Of a stretch of 64,000 nucleotides of DNA, positions 9,874 through 19,627 are shown one piece after another. The stretch is from Candidatus Latescibacterota bacterium (GTDB taxonomy: Bacteria; Latescibacterota; UBA2968; GCA-2709665), in NCBI GenBank assembly GCA_965208835.1, contig OZ242358.1:2560001-2624000 (forward strand), in the 5' to 3' direction. Both the position numbers and the translations under genes were made by a program. The notes under the pieces are model-generated. The model was not told where the DNA came from and did no database searches. It was given only the letters and a program-made list of their open reading frames with translations. Positions within the stretch are counted from its first letter, which is position 1. Every line of letters begins with the position of its first letter.

Positions 9874-10647
9874 TTAATCGTTAACCGTTTGGAGGCGCTG
9901 GAGAAGCGTCTCGTCTTCTCCACTGTATTTCTTGATGCACAGATCGCAATCCGGACAGGGCCGGTTGTAGCAGTTCTTATGCACCCTGATCGGATATTGA
10001 CCCTGAAAAGCCTCCGAACAGTGTTTCGAGCAGAACACGTACCGGTCCTGAAAGCTGCCGAATGCGGCGTAGGAAACAATCACGTCCTCTTCGGCCAGCG
10101 TCAGGCTCTTTTCACACCAGCTGCAGATACCGGCCTGCTCGCGTGCGCGGGCCGTTCGCTTTTTTTCGATTTCCTCGTCGGACCAGACGTATTCTATGTG
10201 CTGGACGTTGTCTTTGGTGACTTTTGCGCGCACCACGCCGTCCGTAATCCCCAGGATATAGTCGCCCTGGGTGTCGAACGTGGTGCCGCACTCTATGTTG
10301 CGACCTGTTTTGAGGTGTATAATGGACTTGCCCTCTTCCGGCGAGATGAACGAAAACCAGCCGCAGCTTGCGCAGACACTGGTAAAGAGAAACTGCCGCG
10401 TTTTTTGGCCGCATGCCGGACAACGGCCTTCCTCCATCATCCTGATGTCCTGGAGCGTGGTTTTTGCGGCCTTCCTGACGGCAGCGTCGATCTCCTCCAT
10501 CGTTTCGTCGAGATCGTCCGTGTCCTTCTCGGAAAGCAGATGCATCGCCTCTTCTACTTCTTCCGTCTGACCCTCGATAACGATCTGTTTCTCGCGGCTC
10601 GAAGCGGGGTTTTCTTCCTCGTCACGCTTGAAGATGCCCTTAAGCAT
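9874..10647 (-). CDS. Cys-rich hypothetical protein with multiple zinc-finger-like motifs
   Basis: Acidic N-terminal helix; CPAC, CASC, CSWC, FCSKHC, HKNC and CPDCDLC motifs; own promoter. Confidence 0.75.
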   Translation of the reverse strand: MLKGIFKRDEEENPASSREKQIVIEGQTEEVEEAMHLLSEKDTDDLDETMEEIDAAVRKAAKTTLQDIRMMEEGRCPACGQKTRQFLFTSVCASCGWFSFISPEEGKSIIHLKTGRNIECGTTFDTQGDYILGITDGVVRAKVTKDNVQHIEYVWSDEEIEKKRTARAREQAGICSWCEKSLTLAEEDVIVSYAAFGSFQDRYVFCSKHCSEAFQGQYPIRVHKNCYNRPCPDCDLCIKKYSGEDETLLQRLQTVND

Positions 10648-10804
10648 ATGGCTTCACCCGAATATAAAGGTCGTCCTGGACGTTGTGTTTGCAGGCGGAC
10701 AGGAGCTCACTGACTATTTCCGATACAGGCCCTGAATCTTGCCTTTATTGCCTCCCGAGCGTGCTTGAAACAGGACGGATCCAGGACTTCGACACACTGG
10801 TACA

Positions 10805-10833
10805 AATATAACGACGGACTGCCGATAAGTCAA
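10805..10833 (-). promoter_or_regulatory. Sigma70 promoter of the Cys-rich gene
   Basis: TTGACT-N17-TATATT on the minus strand. Confidence 0.55.
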
Positions 10834-10864
10834 TCTCCCGGTTGCGAATGTCATTTCGCAGGAA

Positions 10865-11635
10865 TCAAAGGCGCCGAATGTGAAAGCCTCCGTCTACCGG
10901 GATCGCGGCGCCGGTTGTAAAGTCGAAATAACCCAGTGCAACCGCGGCGACGGCCTTCCCGACGTCTTCGGGCAGACCCCAGCGCCGGATCGGCGTAAGG
11001 CCTTCGGCGATTCGCCGGTCGTATATCTCTCTGACCGGCTCCGTCATATCCGTTTTGATGATGCCGGGCTGGATTTCGTTAACGGTGATTCCGTGTTCCG
11101 CCAATCTGACCGCGAAGAGTGTTGTCATCATGCTGAGGCCCGCCTTGGAGACGCAATACTCGCCCCTGGATGTGGAGCTTGCAAAGGCCGAGATCGACGT
11201 GACGTTTACGATTCTGGCTTTCGGCACGATCTCGCTCCTGGTGAGCTGAATCATATGACCGGCCGCAATCTGGGTCAGGAAGTAGGGCCCCTTGAGGTTG
11301 GTGTCAAGAACCTCATTGAAACTCTCGGGCGTCGTTTCAAGAATATCCGTGCGGGTCCGCGGGGCGATGCCGGCGTTGTTTACGAGCAGGTCTAAACGGC
11401 CGAACGCATCCAGGGTGAATTCGACAAGGCGTCGGCTGTCCTCGGGAACCGCGACAGACGCCCCGCAGATGCGCGGCCGGCGATTCCTTCTCCGGACCTC
11501 GTCGGCGGTCTGCTTTGCGGCCGCCCGGTTTCTTTCGTAGTTGACGACGATGTCATAACCGGCGTCGGCCAGACAACAGGCGATGGCCCGGCCGATTCCC
11601 CTGCTCGAGCCCGTTACGAGTGCGACTGGCGCCAT
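10865..11635 (-). CDS. SDR oxidoreductase (3-ketoacyl-ACP reductase-like)
   Basis: VTGSSRGIG, NNAG, YCVSK catalytic motif, VDGG. Start approximate (ATG 11635 or GTG 11668). Confidence 0.9.
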   Translation of the reverse strand: MAPVALVTGSSRGIGRAIACCLADAGYDIVVNYERNRAAAKQTADEVRRRNRRPRICGASVAVPEDSRRLVEFTLDAFGRLDLLVNNAGIAPRTRTDILETTPESFNEVLDTNLKGPYFLTQIAAGHMIQLTRSEIVPKARIVNVTSISAFASSTSRGEYCVSKAGLSMMTTLFAVRLAEHGITVNEIQPGIIKTDMTEPVREIYDRRIAEGLTPIRRWGLPEDVGKAVAAVALGYFDFTTGAAIPVDGGFHIRRL

Positions 11636-11841
11636 GATGGATTCCTGTCTATCTTCTTCGGAAGACACTGCGGGCTCCGTGCGATACGAAATAACCCGGT
11701 GTTTCCGGCATTGGCATTATTTCTGTGCCGCAGCTGCGTCGAAATCCGACTCAGGAATCGGATTCCGGGTAAAACACTTTGGGTCCGGAATTCCCGCGTA
11801 CCCATTATAAAGATAGGAATTTCCCGGCTCCGGTGCGGATT

Positions 11842-11879
11842 TTTTGCAAAATTGCAAAAGACTGGCACGCCCGGTGCCA
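11842..11879. promoter_or_regulatory. Palindromic operator followed by a sigma54-like -24/-12 element
   Basis: TTTTGCAA-N2-TTGCAAAA (11842-11859), then TGGCACGCCCGGTGC (GG-N10-GC). Confidence 0.35.
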
Positions 11880-12046
11880 CCGAGGCGGCGCGAGGGGAGG
11901 GGCGTCCTGACAGGGCATGTTTCAGGTTTCGCATCAAGGGTCTGCGCTCGGAAGGGGTCCTCAATCCGAGCCTCTCAGGGCATGGATGTATCCATGAATA
12001 ACGCAGGAAGCAAGTCTCGGGAACATCATCACAAGGGAGGCGGATT

Positions 12047-12817
12047 GTGGGAAATCACAAATCGGGACGCGTCGCGGGTCAGGTGGCCATTGTAACGGGG
12101 GCGGCTTCGGGTATCGGTGAGAGTACGGCGAATCTGCTGGCCTCTGAAGGCGCCCGGGTAACCGTGGCGGACGTGGACGTGACGGGCGGTTTACAAACTG
12201 TGGACCGAATTGCCGCCAACGGTGGAGAGGCGGTCTTTGTCGAAGCCGACGTGAGCGATGCAGCGCAGGTGCGCCGGATGGTCGTGGAGACCGACAAGGC
12301 GTTCGGCAGGCTGGATATACTCCACAACAACGCGATCTGGTATCGAAATGCGCCTGCCACGGAACTGGAGGAATCCGTCTGGGACAGGACGTTGAATACG
12401 GGATTGAAAGCGATCTATCTGGCCGCCAAGTACGCGATACCGTCCATGTTGAGGACGGGCGGCGGGTCGATCGTCAACACGGGTTCGGTACACTCACTGG
12501 TGGGGTTCGAGACCAACACGGCCTATGATGCCGCCAAGGCCGGCGTGCTGGGCATTACCCGGGTCCTGGCGCTGGATTACGGGCCCGCAATCCGCGTAAA
12601 TGCCGTGCTTCCCGGAGCGATTCAGACGCCGCTCTGGGATCGGGTTGGCGTCCCCGCCGATGAACGGCAAAGGTTGGCCGAAATGGTGCCGGCGAAACGG
12701 GTCGGCACACCTGCCGACATCGCGTCCGCCGTACTCTTCCTGGCGTCCGACGCGTCGTCGTTCATTACGGGCACCTCGCTCGTGGTGGATGGTGGATTGC
12801 TGGCACGTACGATGTAA
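12047..12817 (+). CDS. SDR family oxidoreductase
   Basis: VTGAASGIG, HNNA, YDAAK, VDGG; GGGAGG RBS before the GTG. Confidence 0.9.
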   Translation: MGNHKSGRVAGQVAIVTGAASGIGESTANLLASEGARVTVADVDVTGGLQTVDRIAANGGEAVFVEADVSDAAQVRRMVVETDKAFGRLDILHNNAIWYRNAPATELEESVWDRTLNTGLKAIYLAAKYAIPSMLRTGGGSIVNTGSVHSLVGFETNTAYDAAKAGVLGITRVLALDYGPAIRVNAVLPGAIQTPLWDRVGVPADERQRLAEMVPAKRVGTPADIASAVLFLASDASSFITGTSLVVDGGLLARTM

Positions 12818-12864
12818 ACGGTAGACCTGGCGTATGAACGACACACTACGCCGGGCGCTACCGG

Positions 12865-14598
12865 TCATGGGTCGGTACGCGTTCGTGAGTTCCGCAGCCT
12901 TGTTGTCGCCGCTCTGTCGATTTCAAGCACATCCGGTCTGATCACAATACCGTAGTCCGCTTCTGCAGCCTCCCTGCGGTAATACCCTCGCCTCACGTCT
13001 TCCAGGATGGCTTCATCCGATCGCGAGTCGGGCGCGCCGTGTCCGCCGCCGCCCGGGGTTTCGAGGCGGAGTCGGTCCCCTTCGACCATATGGACGCCCT
13101 CGTCCTTGGTGATGTGCGGTGGCCGGTACGCCTTGCCCCGCAGTGTAAAGGTGTGCTCGGCGGGTCTGCCCGGTTTGCCGCCAAGTACACCGAATGGCCG
13201 GAACCGACCCCGGTCTCCAAGGAGCGAGGCGCTGGCCTCGCCGCGTCTGAGCATAAATTCGAGTACCACGCCGAACCCGCCCCTGCGACACCCGGGACCG
13301 CCGGAGTCCTCGCGCAGGGCGTAGGTTTCGAAGAGTACCGGATACCTGGACTCGAAGATTTCCAGCGCCTGGGTGCGGGCGACCGCGATGGTGGGATTGC
13401 CGTTGGTGAGCCCGTCTGTCAGATAATTGCCGCCATAACCCCCGCCTATAAACGAATAGAAGACGAAATATCCCCTTTCCGGATCGTCACCGCCAACGGA
13501 GAGATTGGTGACAGTACCCATGGGGCCGGCGTAGCAGCGGTCCGGCAGGGCCTGGCTCATTGCGCCCAGGACAGCGTCGATCATTCGCTGACAGACTTCG
13601 GCTGCGCAGCCGGAGACGGGGCGCGGCGGCAGGGCGTGCAGGAACGTGGTGGAAGGAATATTGAAGGAAAAGGGTTTGAAACAACCTCTGTTGATGGGCA
13701 CGTTGGGGAAAAAATGCTTGAAGGCAATAAAGACACCCGCCATTGTCGTACTCAATACACTGTTAAGCGGCCCTCGGCAGGCCGGGCTGCTTTCCGAGAG
13801 GTCGATGTGAACGCTGTCGCCGTCAACAGTCATTTCGAGATGGATGTGTAACGGCCTCCAGTCCACGCCGTCACTGTCCATGTATTCGTCAAAGGCGTAA
13901 CAACCGTCGGGAATGGTGCTTATGTGTTTCCGCATCATCTTCTCGGAACGAAGCTCCAGTTCGCTGACGACCTCGAATACGGTCGCTTCGCCGTAGCGAT
14001 CCAACAATGCCGTCAGCCGATCTGCGCCGAGATTCAGCGATGCCACCTGGGCGATGATGTCGCCCTGACGTTCGCCGGGTACGCGAACGTTGTGCAGGAT
14101 GACGTCGACCACAGCCTGATTAAGCCTGCCTTCGTCCATGAGCTTGAGAGGAGGCAGCCGCAAGCCTTCCTGAAATACCTCCGTGGCCTTCGTCGAGAAC
14201 CCGCCGGGAACCCGCCCGCCAATGTCAGGCCAGTGCCCGCTGTTTGCCAGGTAGAACGCGAGTTTGTCTCGATAGAAGAAAGGTTTGATCAACTTTACGT
14301 CCATCAGATGCGTGCCGCCGAGGTACGGGTCGTTGACAATGTAGACGTCCCCCTCGACGGGCTCATTGAAGTGGGCGATGGTTGAACGCACGGTGTGCTG
14401 CATCACGCATATGAAGTTCGGCAGGCCGCGTGGCCCCTGTACGATGACGGCCCCGTCGTTTGACGCATAGATGCCGCTGGCCCGGTCGAAGCCGTCTGAA
14501 ATCACCGGCGAGAAGGCCATGCGTTCCAGCGTGGCATCCATTTCATCGGCGATCTGTTCCAGGCTGCCGCGGATTACAGCCAGAGTGATCGGATCCAT
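12865..14598 (-). CDS. Hydantoinase B/oxoprolinase family subunit
   Basis: MDPITLAVI, NDPYLGGTHLMD, HWPDIGG, EGLRLPP, DSGGPG.RRGG, TPGGGG.G. Confidence 0.92.
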   Translation of the reverse strand: MDPITLAVIRGSLEQIADEMDATLERMAFSPVISDGFDRASGIYASNDGAVIVQGPRGLPNFICVMQHTVRSTIAHFNEPVEGDVYIVNDPYLGGTHLMDVKLIKPFFYRDKLAFYLANSGHWPDIGGRVPGGFSTKATEVFQEGLRLPPLKLMDEGRLNQAVVDVILHNVRVPGERQGDIIAQVASLNLGADRLTALLDRYGEATVFEVVSELELRSEKMMRKHISTIPDGCYAFDEYMDSDGVDWRPLHIHLEMTVDGDSVHIDLSESSPACRGPLNSVLSTTMAGVFIAFKHFFPNVPINRGCFKPFSFNIPSTTFLHALPPRPVSGCAAEVCQRMIDAVLGAMSQALPDRCYAGPMGTVTNLSVGGDDPERGYFVFYSFIGGGYGGNYLTDGLTNGNPTIAVARTQALEIFESRYPVLFETYALREDSGGPGCRRGGFGVVLEFMLRRGEASASLLGDRGRFRPFGVLGGKPGRPAEHTFTLRGKAYRPPHITKDEGVHMVEGDRLRLETPGGGGHGAPDSRSDEAILEDVRRGYYRREAAEADYGIVIRPDVLEIDRAATTRLRNSRTRTDP

Positions 14599-14644
14599 TT
14601 CGAAGTTGCTCCAGATTGCGATTGAAACGTGCCGCGGCCGAACG

Positions 14645-16735
14645 TCAGCGCTGCCTGCTGTGTGTCCGCCGGTTTGATTCGACGAGGAAGGTACCGCCGT
14701 CCAACACGCTGGCGCGGAGGAAAGGATCCAGCCAGACGGTCGTGTCGGACTGCTCGATCACCGCCGGTCCGGAGAGTTCGGTGCCCCAGGGAATTCTGGA
14801 ACGCTCGTAGGTCGGGCATGCAACGAACGCGTCTTCAACCCAGACGTCGCGGCTGCCTTTGTACGCCTGTTCCAGCGTGGTCGCCGGCGGTGTCAGCATT
14901 GAGCCCAGAGATCGGTGTTTCCTTACACCGATAATGGTGGTCCGCAGGTTCAGCAGTCGAACGGGAATGCCGTCCAGCAGCGCTTCCAGACGGCCGAAGC
15001 CGCTGTGTGCGCTTCCGTATCGGCGGAGGTACGAGGCTCTGAACCTCGTCGCGATGCGCTCCGGACTCGTATCGTTGTCCGGCAACGGAGTGCGGATGAC
15101 GTGGGTCTGACCCTCGTACGCGATGTCCGCTTCACGGAGAAGGTGAATATGGCTGAGCGGCAGGGCAACCTGCTTCAGGAACGCGTTCCCGCGCGACTGG
15201 TCGTCGTCGAAGATCCGCCTGATTTCTGTCTCGTCGAGGTCATCGAGGCGGCGGTTGACCATCGTTACGTAGTCGCGCTTCACGTCCGCGATTGCGCAGC
15301 CCCATGCAGATGCGATACCCGGAAGATAGGGGACAAGACCCCTGGGAATACCGAGTTCATCCATTAGAAACCCGGCCAGGAGAGGGCCGCTTCCTCCAAA
15401 TGCGAACAGGGTGAAGTCTCCGGGGTCCCGGCCACGATCGATGGAGATCCGGCGGAGGCTGCCGGCAATGCGGTTGTTGGATACGGCGACGATCGCCCGC
15501 GCGGCTTCTTCGGCCGAGAGCCCAAGCGGCCCGGCGACGTGTTCCTCCAGCGCAACCCTGGCTTTCGGCAGGTCAAAGGAGAAACCCTCGCGTCCCCCGA
15601 TCGGGTACTCCGGGTTGATTCGACCCAGCACGAGATTCGCATCGGTAAGCGTTGGCAGGCGGCCGCCGCGACCGTAACTCGCCGGACCCGGATCCGCGCC
15701 GGCGCTGTCCGGGCCAACCTGAAGGATGCCTCCGTCGTCGATGCGCGCGATGCTGCCGCCGCCGGCGCCAACGGTCTGGATGTCGACCATGGAGAGAAGG
15801 ATCGGAATGCCGAAATCAAGCTCCGTGCCATCGGCCTGAACCGGGATGCCATCGGTGACCAGAGATACGTCCAGGCTGGTTCCCCCCATATCGTAGGCGA
15901 TGAGATTTCGGACTTCGTTCTCGGCAGCGATGGCCGTCGCCGCGATGACGCCCGCCGCGGGCCCCGACAACACCGTCTGAACGGCGTATCTTCCCGCTTC
16001 GCCGGCAGGGATCATGCCGCCGTTGGATTGCATGACGAGCAGATGGGTCCTGTATCCCCGGCGCTCCAGGCTGCGTTCCAGGTTGGCCAGATATCGGCTG
16101 ACGACGGGTTGGACGTACGCGTTGACGACGGCCGTGCTGGTGCGTTCGAATTCACGAATCAGAGGAAGGACCTCCGCGGACGCAACCACGTAAATTTCCG
16201 GATAGCGGTTCTCTATAAGCGATTTCGCCCTTCGTTCGTGGATCGGGTTGGCGTACGCGTTCATAAACGAAATGACGATCGCGTCGACGCGTTCAGCCGT
16301 GAGCCTCTCCGCGCACGACAGGACTTCGTCCTCGTCGAGCGGAACAAGCACTTCGCCCTCCGCCGAGATTCGCTCGGTTACTTCCAGCCGGCGGTCGCGC
16401 GGAACCAGAGGTTCGTAGGTTCCGGTAAGCCCGTAGAGATAAGGCCGGTCGCGCCTCCGGAGTTCCAGGATATCCCGAAACCCCCTGGTGGCGATCAGAC
16501 CGCATCGTCCGCCCTTACGCTCGAGGACGGCGTTCGTCGCCACGGTGGTTCCGTGAATGACGAGTTCGATTCCGCGGTCCGCCTGCCCGAGGGCGCCTAT
16601 CCCCTCGATCAGCCCTCTCGATGGATCATCCGGGGTCGTCGGTACTTTCCTGACGATCAGGTGCGGCCCCGAATCATCCAGAATCAGGATGTCCGTAAAG
16701 GTGCCACCGATATCGACGCCGGCAATTCTGGACAT
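14645..16735 (-). CDS. Hydantoinase A/oxoprolinase family ATP-dependent subunit
   Basis: GVDIGGTFTD, HGTTVATNA, EFERTST, SGPAAG, DMGGTS, GAGGGSIA, GPAVIEQ. Confidence 0.92.
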   Translation of the reverse strand: MSRIAGVDIGGTFTDILILDDSGPHLIVRKVPTTPDDPSRGLIEGIGALGQADRGIELVIHGTTVATNAVLERKGGRCGLIATRGFRDILELRRRDRPYLYGLTGTYEPLVPRDRRLEVTERISAEGEVLVPLDEDEVLSCAERLTAERVDAIVISFMNAYANPIHERRAKSLIENRYPEIYVVASAEVLPLIREFERTSTAVVNAYVQPVVSRYLANLERSLERRGYRTHLLVMQSNGGMIPAGEAGRYAVQTVLSGPAAGVIAATAIAAENEVRNLIAYDMGGTSLDVSLVTDGIPVQADGTELDFGIPILLSMVDIQTVGAGGGSIARIDDGGILQVGPDSAGADPGPASYGRGGRLPTLTDANLVLGRINPEYPIGGREGFSFDLPKARVALEEHVAGPLGLSAEEAARAIVAVSNNRIAGSLRRISIDRGRDPGDFTLFAFGGSGPLLAGFLMDELGIPRGLVPYLPGIASAWGCAIADVKRDYVTMVNRRLDDLDETEIRRIFDDDQSRGNAFLKQVALPLSHIHLLREADIAYEGQTHVIRTPLPDNDTSPERIATRFRASYLRRYGSAHSGFGRLEALLDGIPVRLLNLRTTIIGVRKHRSLGSMLTPPATTLEQAYKGSRDVWVEDAFVACPTYERSRIPWGTELSGPAVIEQSDTTVWLDPFLRASVLDGGTFLVESNRRTHSRQR

Positions 16736-16903
16736 TGAATAGCAGTCCGTTGAAAAAGCTGCTCTGCAGGGTGACGGAAATTGAAAACTGAACGGCAGTC
16801 AGAACTTAGACGTTCCGCCGGTGCGCGTCAACTCAAAAAAGGGACAAACGCGCCCAAACCGGACGGGGCGACATCCGAAAGCCGCCCGCGCGCCTATTCA
16901 ATC

Positions 16904-16932
16904 TTGACCGGACCGTAAACATCCCTTAGATT
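16904..16932 (+). promoter_or_regulatory. Sigma70 promoter
   Basis: TTGACC-N17-TAGATT upstream of 16988. Confidence 0.5.
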
Positions 16933-16987
16933 TGAGGCGATTTGTCCGGGGATCGATTTCACATCCGGCACACCGAAAGGAAACCCG

Positions 16988-17743
16988 ATGCCAAGAGGCC
17001 GCTGCCATTTTGCATTGCTGGCAGCCCTGCACGAGCGATTTCACCGGGAGTGCCCCGAGGCGGCGGCGCTCGCGGATGCACATACGCCCGACCTGCTCGC
17101 CGGTACGTGTGCGCCGGACGGACTGCGTTTTGTCGGCAAGAGGGGTAAGTTTGCCACCCATTTCTATTCGGACGATCGCCGTGACACGTGGGGGCGGTCG
17201 GTTGCGGGGCTGTTCGGGGCCCACCCGGACCTGGCCGATCCAAGGCGGCTTTCCGGTGCGGATGTCGCCATGATGCTCGGGTACATTTCTCACCTCACCG
17301 TGGACGAGGCATTCCGGGATGAGGTAACCGTCCACGTATACGGTATCGAAGACTGGCGACCGATAATAATGGGTCTGTGGTCCATGGTGGACGGGTTCGG
17401 CATCGGCAACGCCAGCTACATGGCAGCGATTCACCGATTCGGACGCAAAGACAGCGTCGGCTTTATCGATTGCGGGGTTGTGGGCGAATACCTCGACCTG
17501 GTCAAGCCGTGGGCGCTGGAGGACGACCCCTGGGAACTGGAGCGCATATTTCTCAGGTTGCGACGATGCGACACGCCGGAACACGAAGCGCGGCGCACCT
17601 GGGAGCGGAATGTCGCGATGGCGGCGCCGTTTCTCGATGACGCCCGGCGAATGCGGTTTCACAGGGCGGCCGTGGACGAAGGAATGGAAGAGACCCTTCG
17701 ATACCTGAAGGGGAATTATGCTCTACAGAAAAGGGGTGACTGA
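16988..17743 (+). CDS. Zinc-dependent phospholipase C-like (Zn_dep_PLPC) protein
   Basis: N-terminal MP...H, GxxAPD, THF and LGYISHLTVD motifs; no signal peptide. Confidence 0.65.
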   Translation: MPRGRCHFALLAALHERFHRECPEAAALADAHTPDLLAGTCAPDGLRFVGKRGKFATHFYSDDRRDTWGRSVAGLFGAHPDLADPRRLSGADVAMMLGYISHLTVDEAFRDEVTVHVYGIEDWRPIIMGLWSMVDGFGIGNASYMAAIHRFGRKDSVGFIDCGVVGEYLDLVKPWALEDDPWELERIFLRLRRCDTPEHEARRTWERNVAMAAPFLDDARRMRFHRAAVDEGMEETLRYLKGNYALQKRGD

Positions 17744-18750
17744 TGACATCTTACCGCGTGGGTGTGATTGGATGCGGGGGCATTGGCGTCGAACATGCGT
17801 CGGGACTCCTGAACCTGGAGAATGCGACCCTGTCCGCCGCGTGCGACCTGGAGGAATCCACACTTGTCGATTTCAGAGACCGCTGGCAATCCGAGTGGCC
17901 CGGTCTCAATACATATTCGAATCACCGTGACATGCTGGCGAAAGAGGACCTGGATATTGTTACGGTAGCGACGTCCGACCACAGGCATGCGGACCTGGTC
18001 GTGGATGCGGCCAACGCGGGGGTAAAGGGAATCTTTTGTGAAAAACCCCTTGCGACCAATCTGGCGGACGCGGACCGGATGGTTTACGCCGCTGAACGCA
18101 ACGGCGCGATTCTCTCCGTCGATCACACAAGGCGCTTCCAGCCGCTATGGCGCTACGTCAAGGAAGAGATCGTGGATGGTGGAGAGATCGGATCCGTTCA
18201 GCAGATCGTGGCGGCGCTGAACGGTCCACGTTCCATGTTGTTCAGAAACGGTACGCATCTGGTGGATTCGATCTGTTATTATGCGGACTCGGAGCCGGAC
18301 TGGGTGTTTGCGGAGCTGGAAGCCGGTTACGAGGATTACGCGGAGTACAGGGGCGATGGCGGTCACGACCCGGCTACCGAACCGTCGGCGAGCGGATACA
18401 TCCATTTCGCCAACGGCGTGAGGGGCTTTTTCGCGGGCGGTTCAAAAGCCTCCGCCGGTCCCAAGTTCAAGTGTGAAATCGTGGGCACGACCGGTTCCGT
18501 CGAAATCGGCCGTGTAAGCGCCTTGCTCGTTCGCGACCGTGAACGGGAAGAGATCCAGGCGCCCGAGTGGCCCGTCAGCGGTATTCGCGCCGGAGTCCAG
18601 GAACTGGTGCGCCTGGTCGATAGCGGCGGCCAGCCGGTTTCGCCGGCAAAGGACGCACACCGGGTCGTTGAGATCATGATCGGGTTTCTGGAATCACAGC
18701 GGCTGGGAAACGTCAGGGTGGATCTCCCTATTCCTCTCGAGCGCAGGTGA
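17743..18750 (+). CDS. Gfo/Idh/MocA oxidoreductase
   Basis: GVIGCGGIG, CEKPLA, GTHLVD; TGATG coupling to the upstream gene. Confidence 0.9.
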   Translation: MTSYRVGVIGCGGIGVEHASGLLNLENATLSAACDLEESTLVDFRDRWQSEWPGLNTYSNHRDMLAKEDLDIVTVATSDHRHADLVVDAANAGVKGIFCEKPLATNLADADRMVYAAERNGAILSVDHTRRFQPLWRYVKEEIVDGGEIGSVQQIVAALNGPRSMLFRNGTHLVDSICYYADSEPDWVFAELEAGYEDYAEYRGDGGHDPATEPSASGYIHFANGVRGFFAGGSKASAGPKFKCEIVGTTGSVEIGRVSALLVRDREREEIQAPEWPVSGIRAGVQELVRLVDSGGQPVSPAKDAHRVVEIMIGFLESQRLGNVRVDLPIPLERR

Positions 18751-18991
18751 TTATAGCGGACGGAGGCGTCAAAAAACCTCGATAGTGCTTGCCCGGTTGC
18801 CGAAGAGACGCTATTTTATTCATTTCCTTTCGAATTTCAACCTGCGGGACGCCCAGGCCGTTGAGCCTGACGCGAAACCCCGTTGTTTCCGCGAAGTCGT
18901 CCCGTTTACCGGAAACGCTCGAGGCCAATCCGGGATCGTCTTCACCCCGCAGTCGAGACATGGTGCGTCAACATGATAGGAGAGTCCGGTA

Positions 18992-19381
18992 ATGTTAAAC
19001 TTTGAGCATACGGCGTTTCTCGTTGAGGATACAAAGTCCGTGGCGGATTGGTGGTGCGAGCATCTGGGCATGGAAGTGGTCCGGTACGGTGGCCCTCCTT
19101 CTCACATGACCTTTCTTAGAGACGCCTCCGGGAAAACCATGTTCGAAATTTACGAGAAAGATACGCTGAAAACCCCAGACTATGCTTCGATGCATGTTTC
19201 AGTACTCCACTTCGCGTTCTACACGGACGACATCGAGCGGGAACGCGACCGGTTGCTTGACGCCGGGGCGCAGGTCGTAGACGACGTGTACACGACGGAT
19301 GCCGGCGATCAGTTGGCAATGCTGCGTGATCCGTGGGGAGTGGCTATCCAGGTCCTGAAGCGGAAGGATCCCATGGTATGA
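18992..19381 (+). CDS. VOC/glyoxalase family protein
   Basis: FEHTAF, FEIY, LHFAF, LRDPWG; AGGAG RBS. Confidence 0.85.
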   Translation: MLNFEHTAFLVEDTKSVADWWCEHLGMEVVRYGGPPSHMTFLRDASGKTMFEIYEKDTLKTPDYASMHVSVLHFAFYTDDIERERDRLLDAGAQVVDDVYTTDAGDQLAMLRDPWGVAIQVLKRKDPMV

Positions 19382-19399
19382 TGGCGATCCGGATGCTAA

Positions 19400-19585
19400 G
19401 AAGCTGTTTTAAAATTCCTGGTGAGTCCCGAGCGCGAGCGAAAATGTGTCGGTCAAGGCGGGCAAATTCGACTATGAGAGGCGAGCAAGCGCAGCCTCGA
19501 TCTCGTAAGACGGGTGGATTTGACCAACGCAGGCCGACGCTTTTGCAGCCGCGCGAAGACCGCCGGGGGTTTTTAAGACAGCTTC
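19400..19585. mobile_element. MITE (186 bp, non-autonomous, IS5-family-like ends)
   Basis: 15-bp terminal inverted repeats GAAGCTGT(T/C)TTAAAA (19400-19414 and 19571-19585), TAA on both flanks, internal imperfect palindromy, no transposase. Confidence 0.7.
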
Positions 19586-19627
19586 TAAGGATGAACGCGG
19601 TCCCGCACGTGTTGCCCGGGAGAGGCG

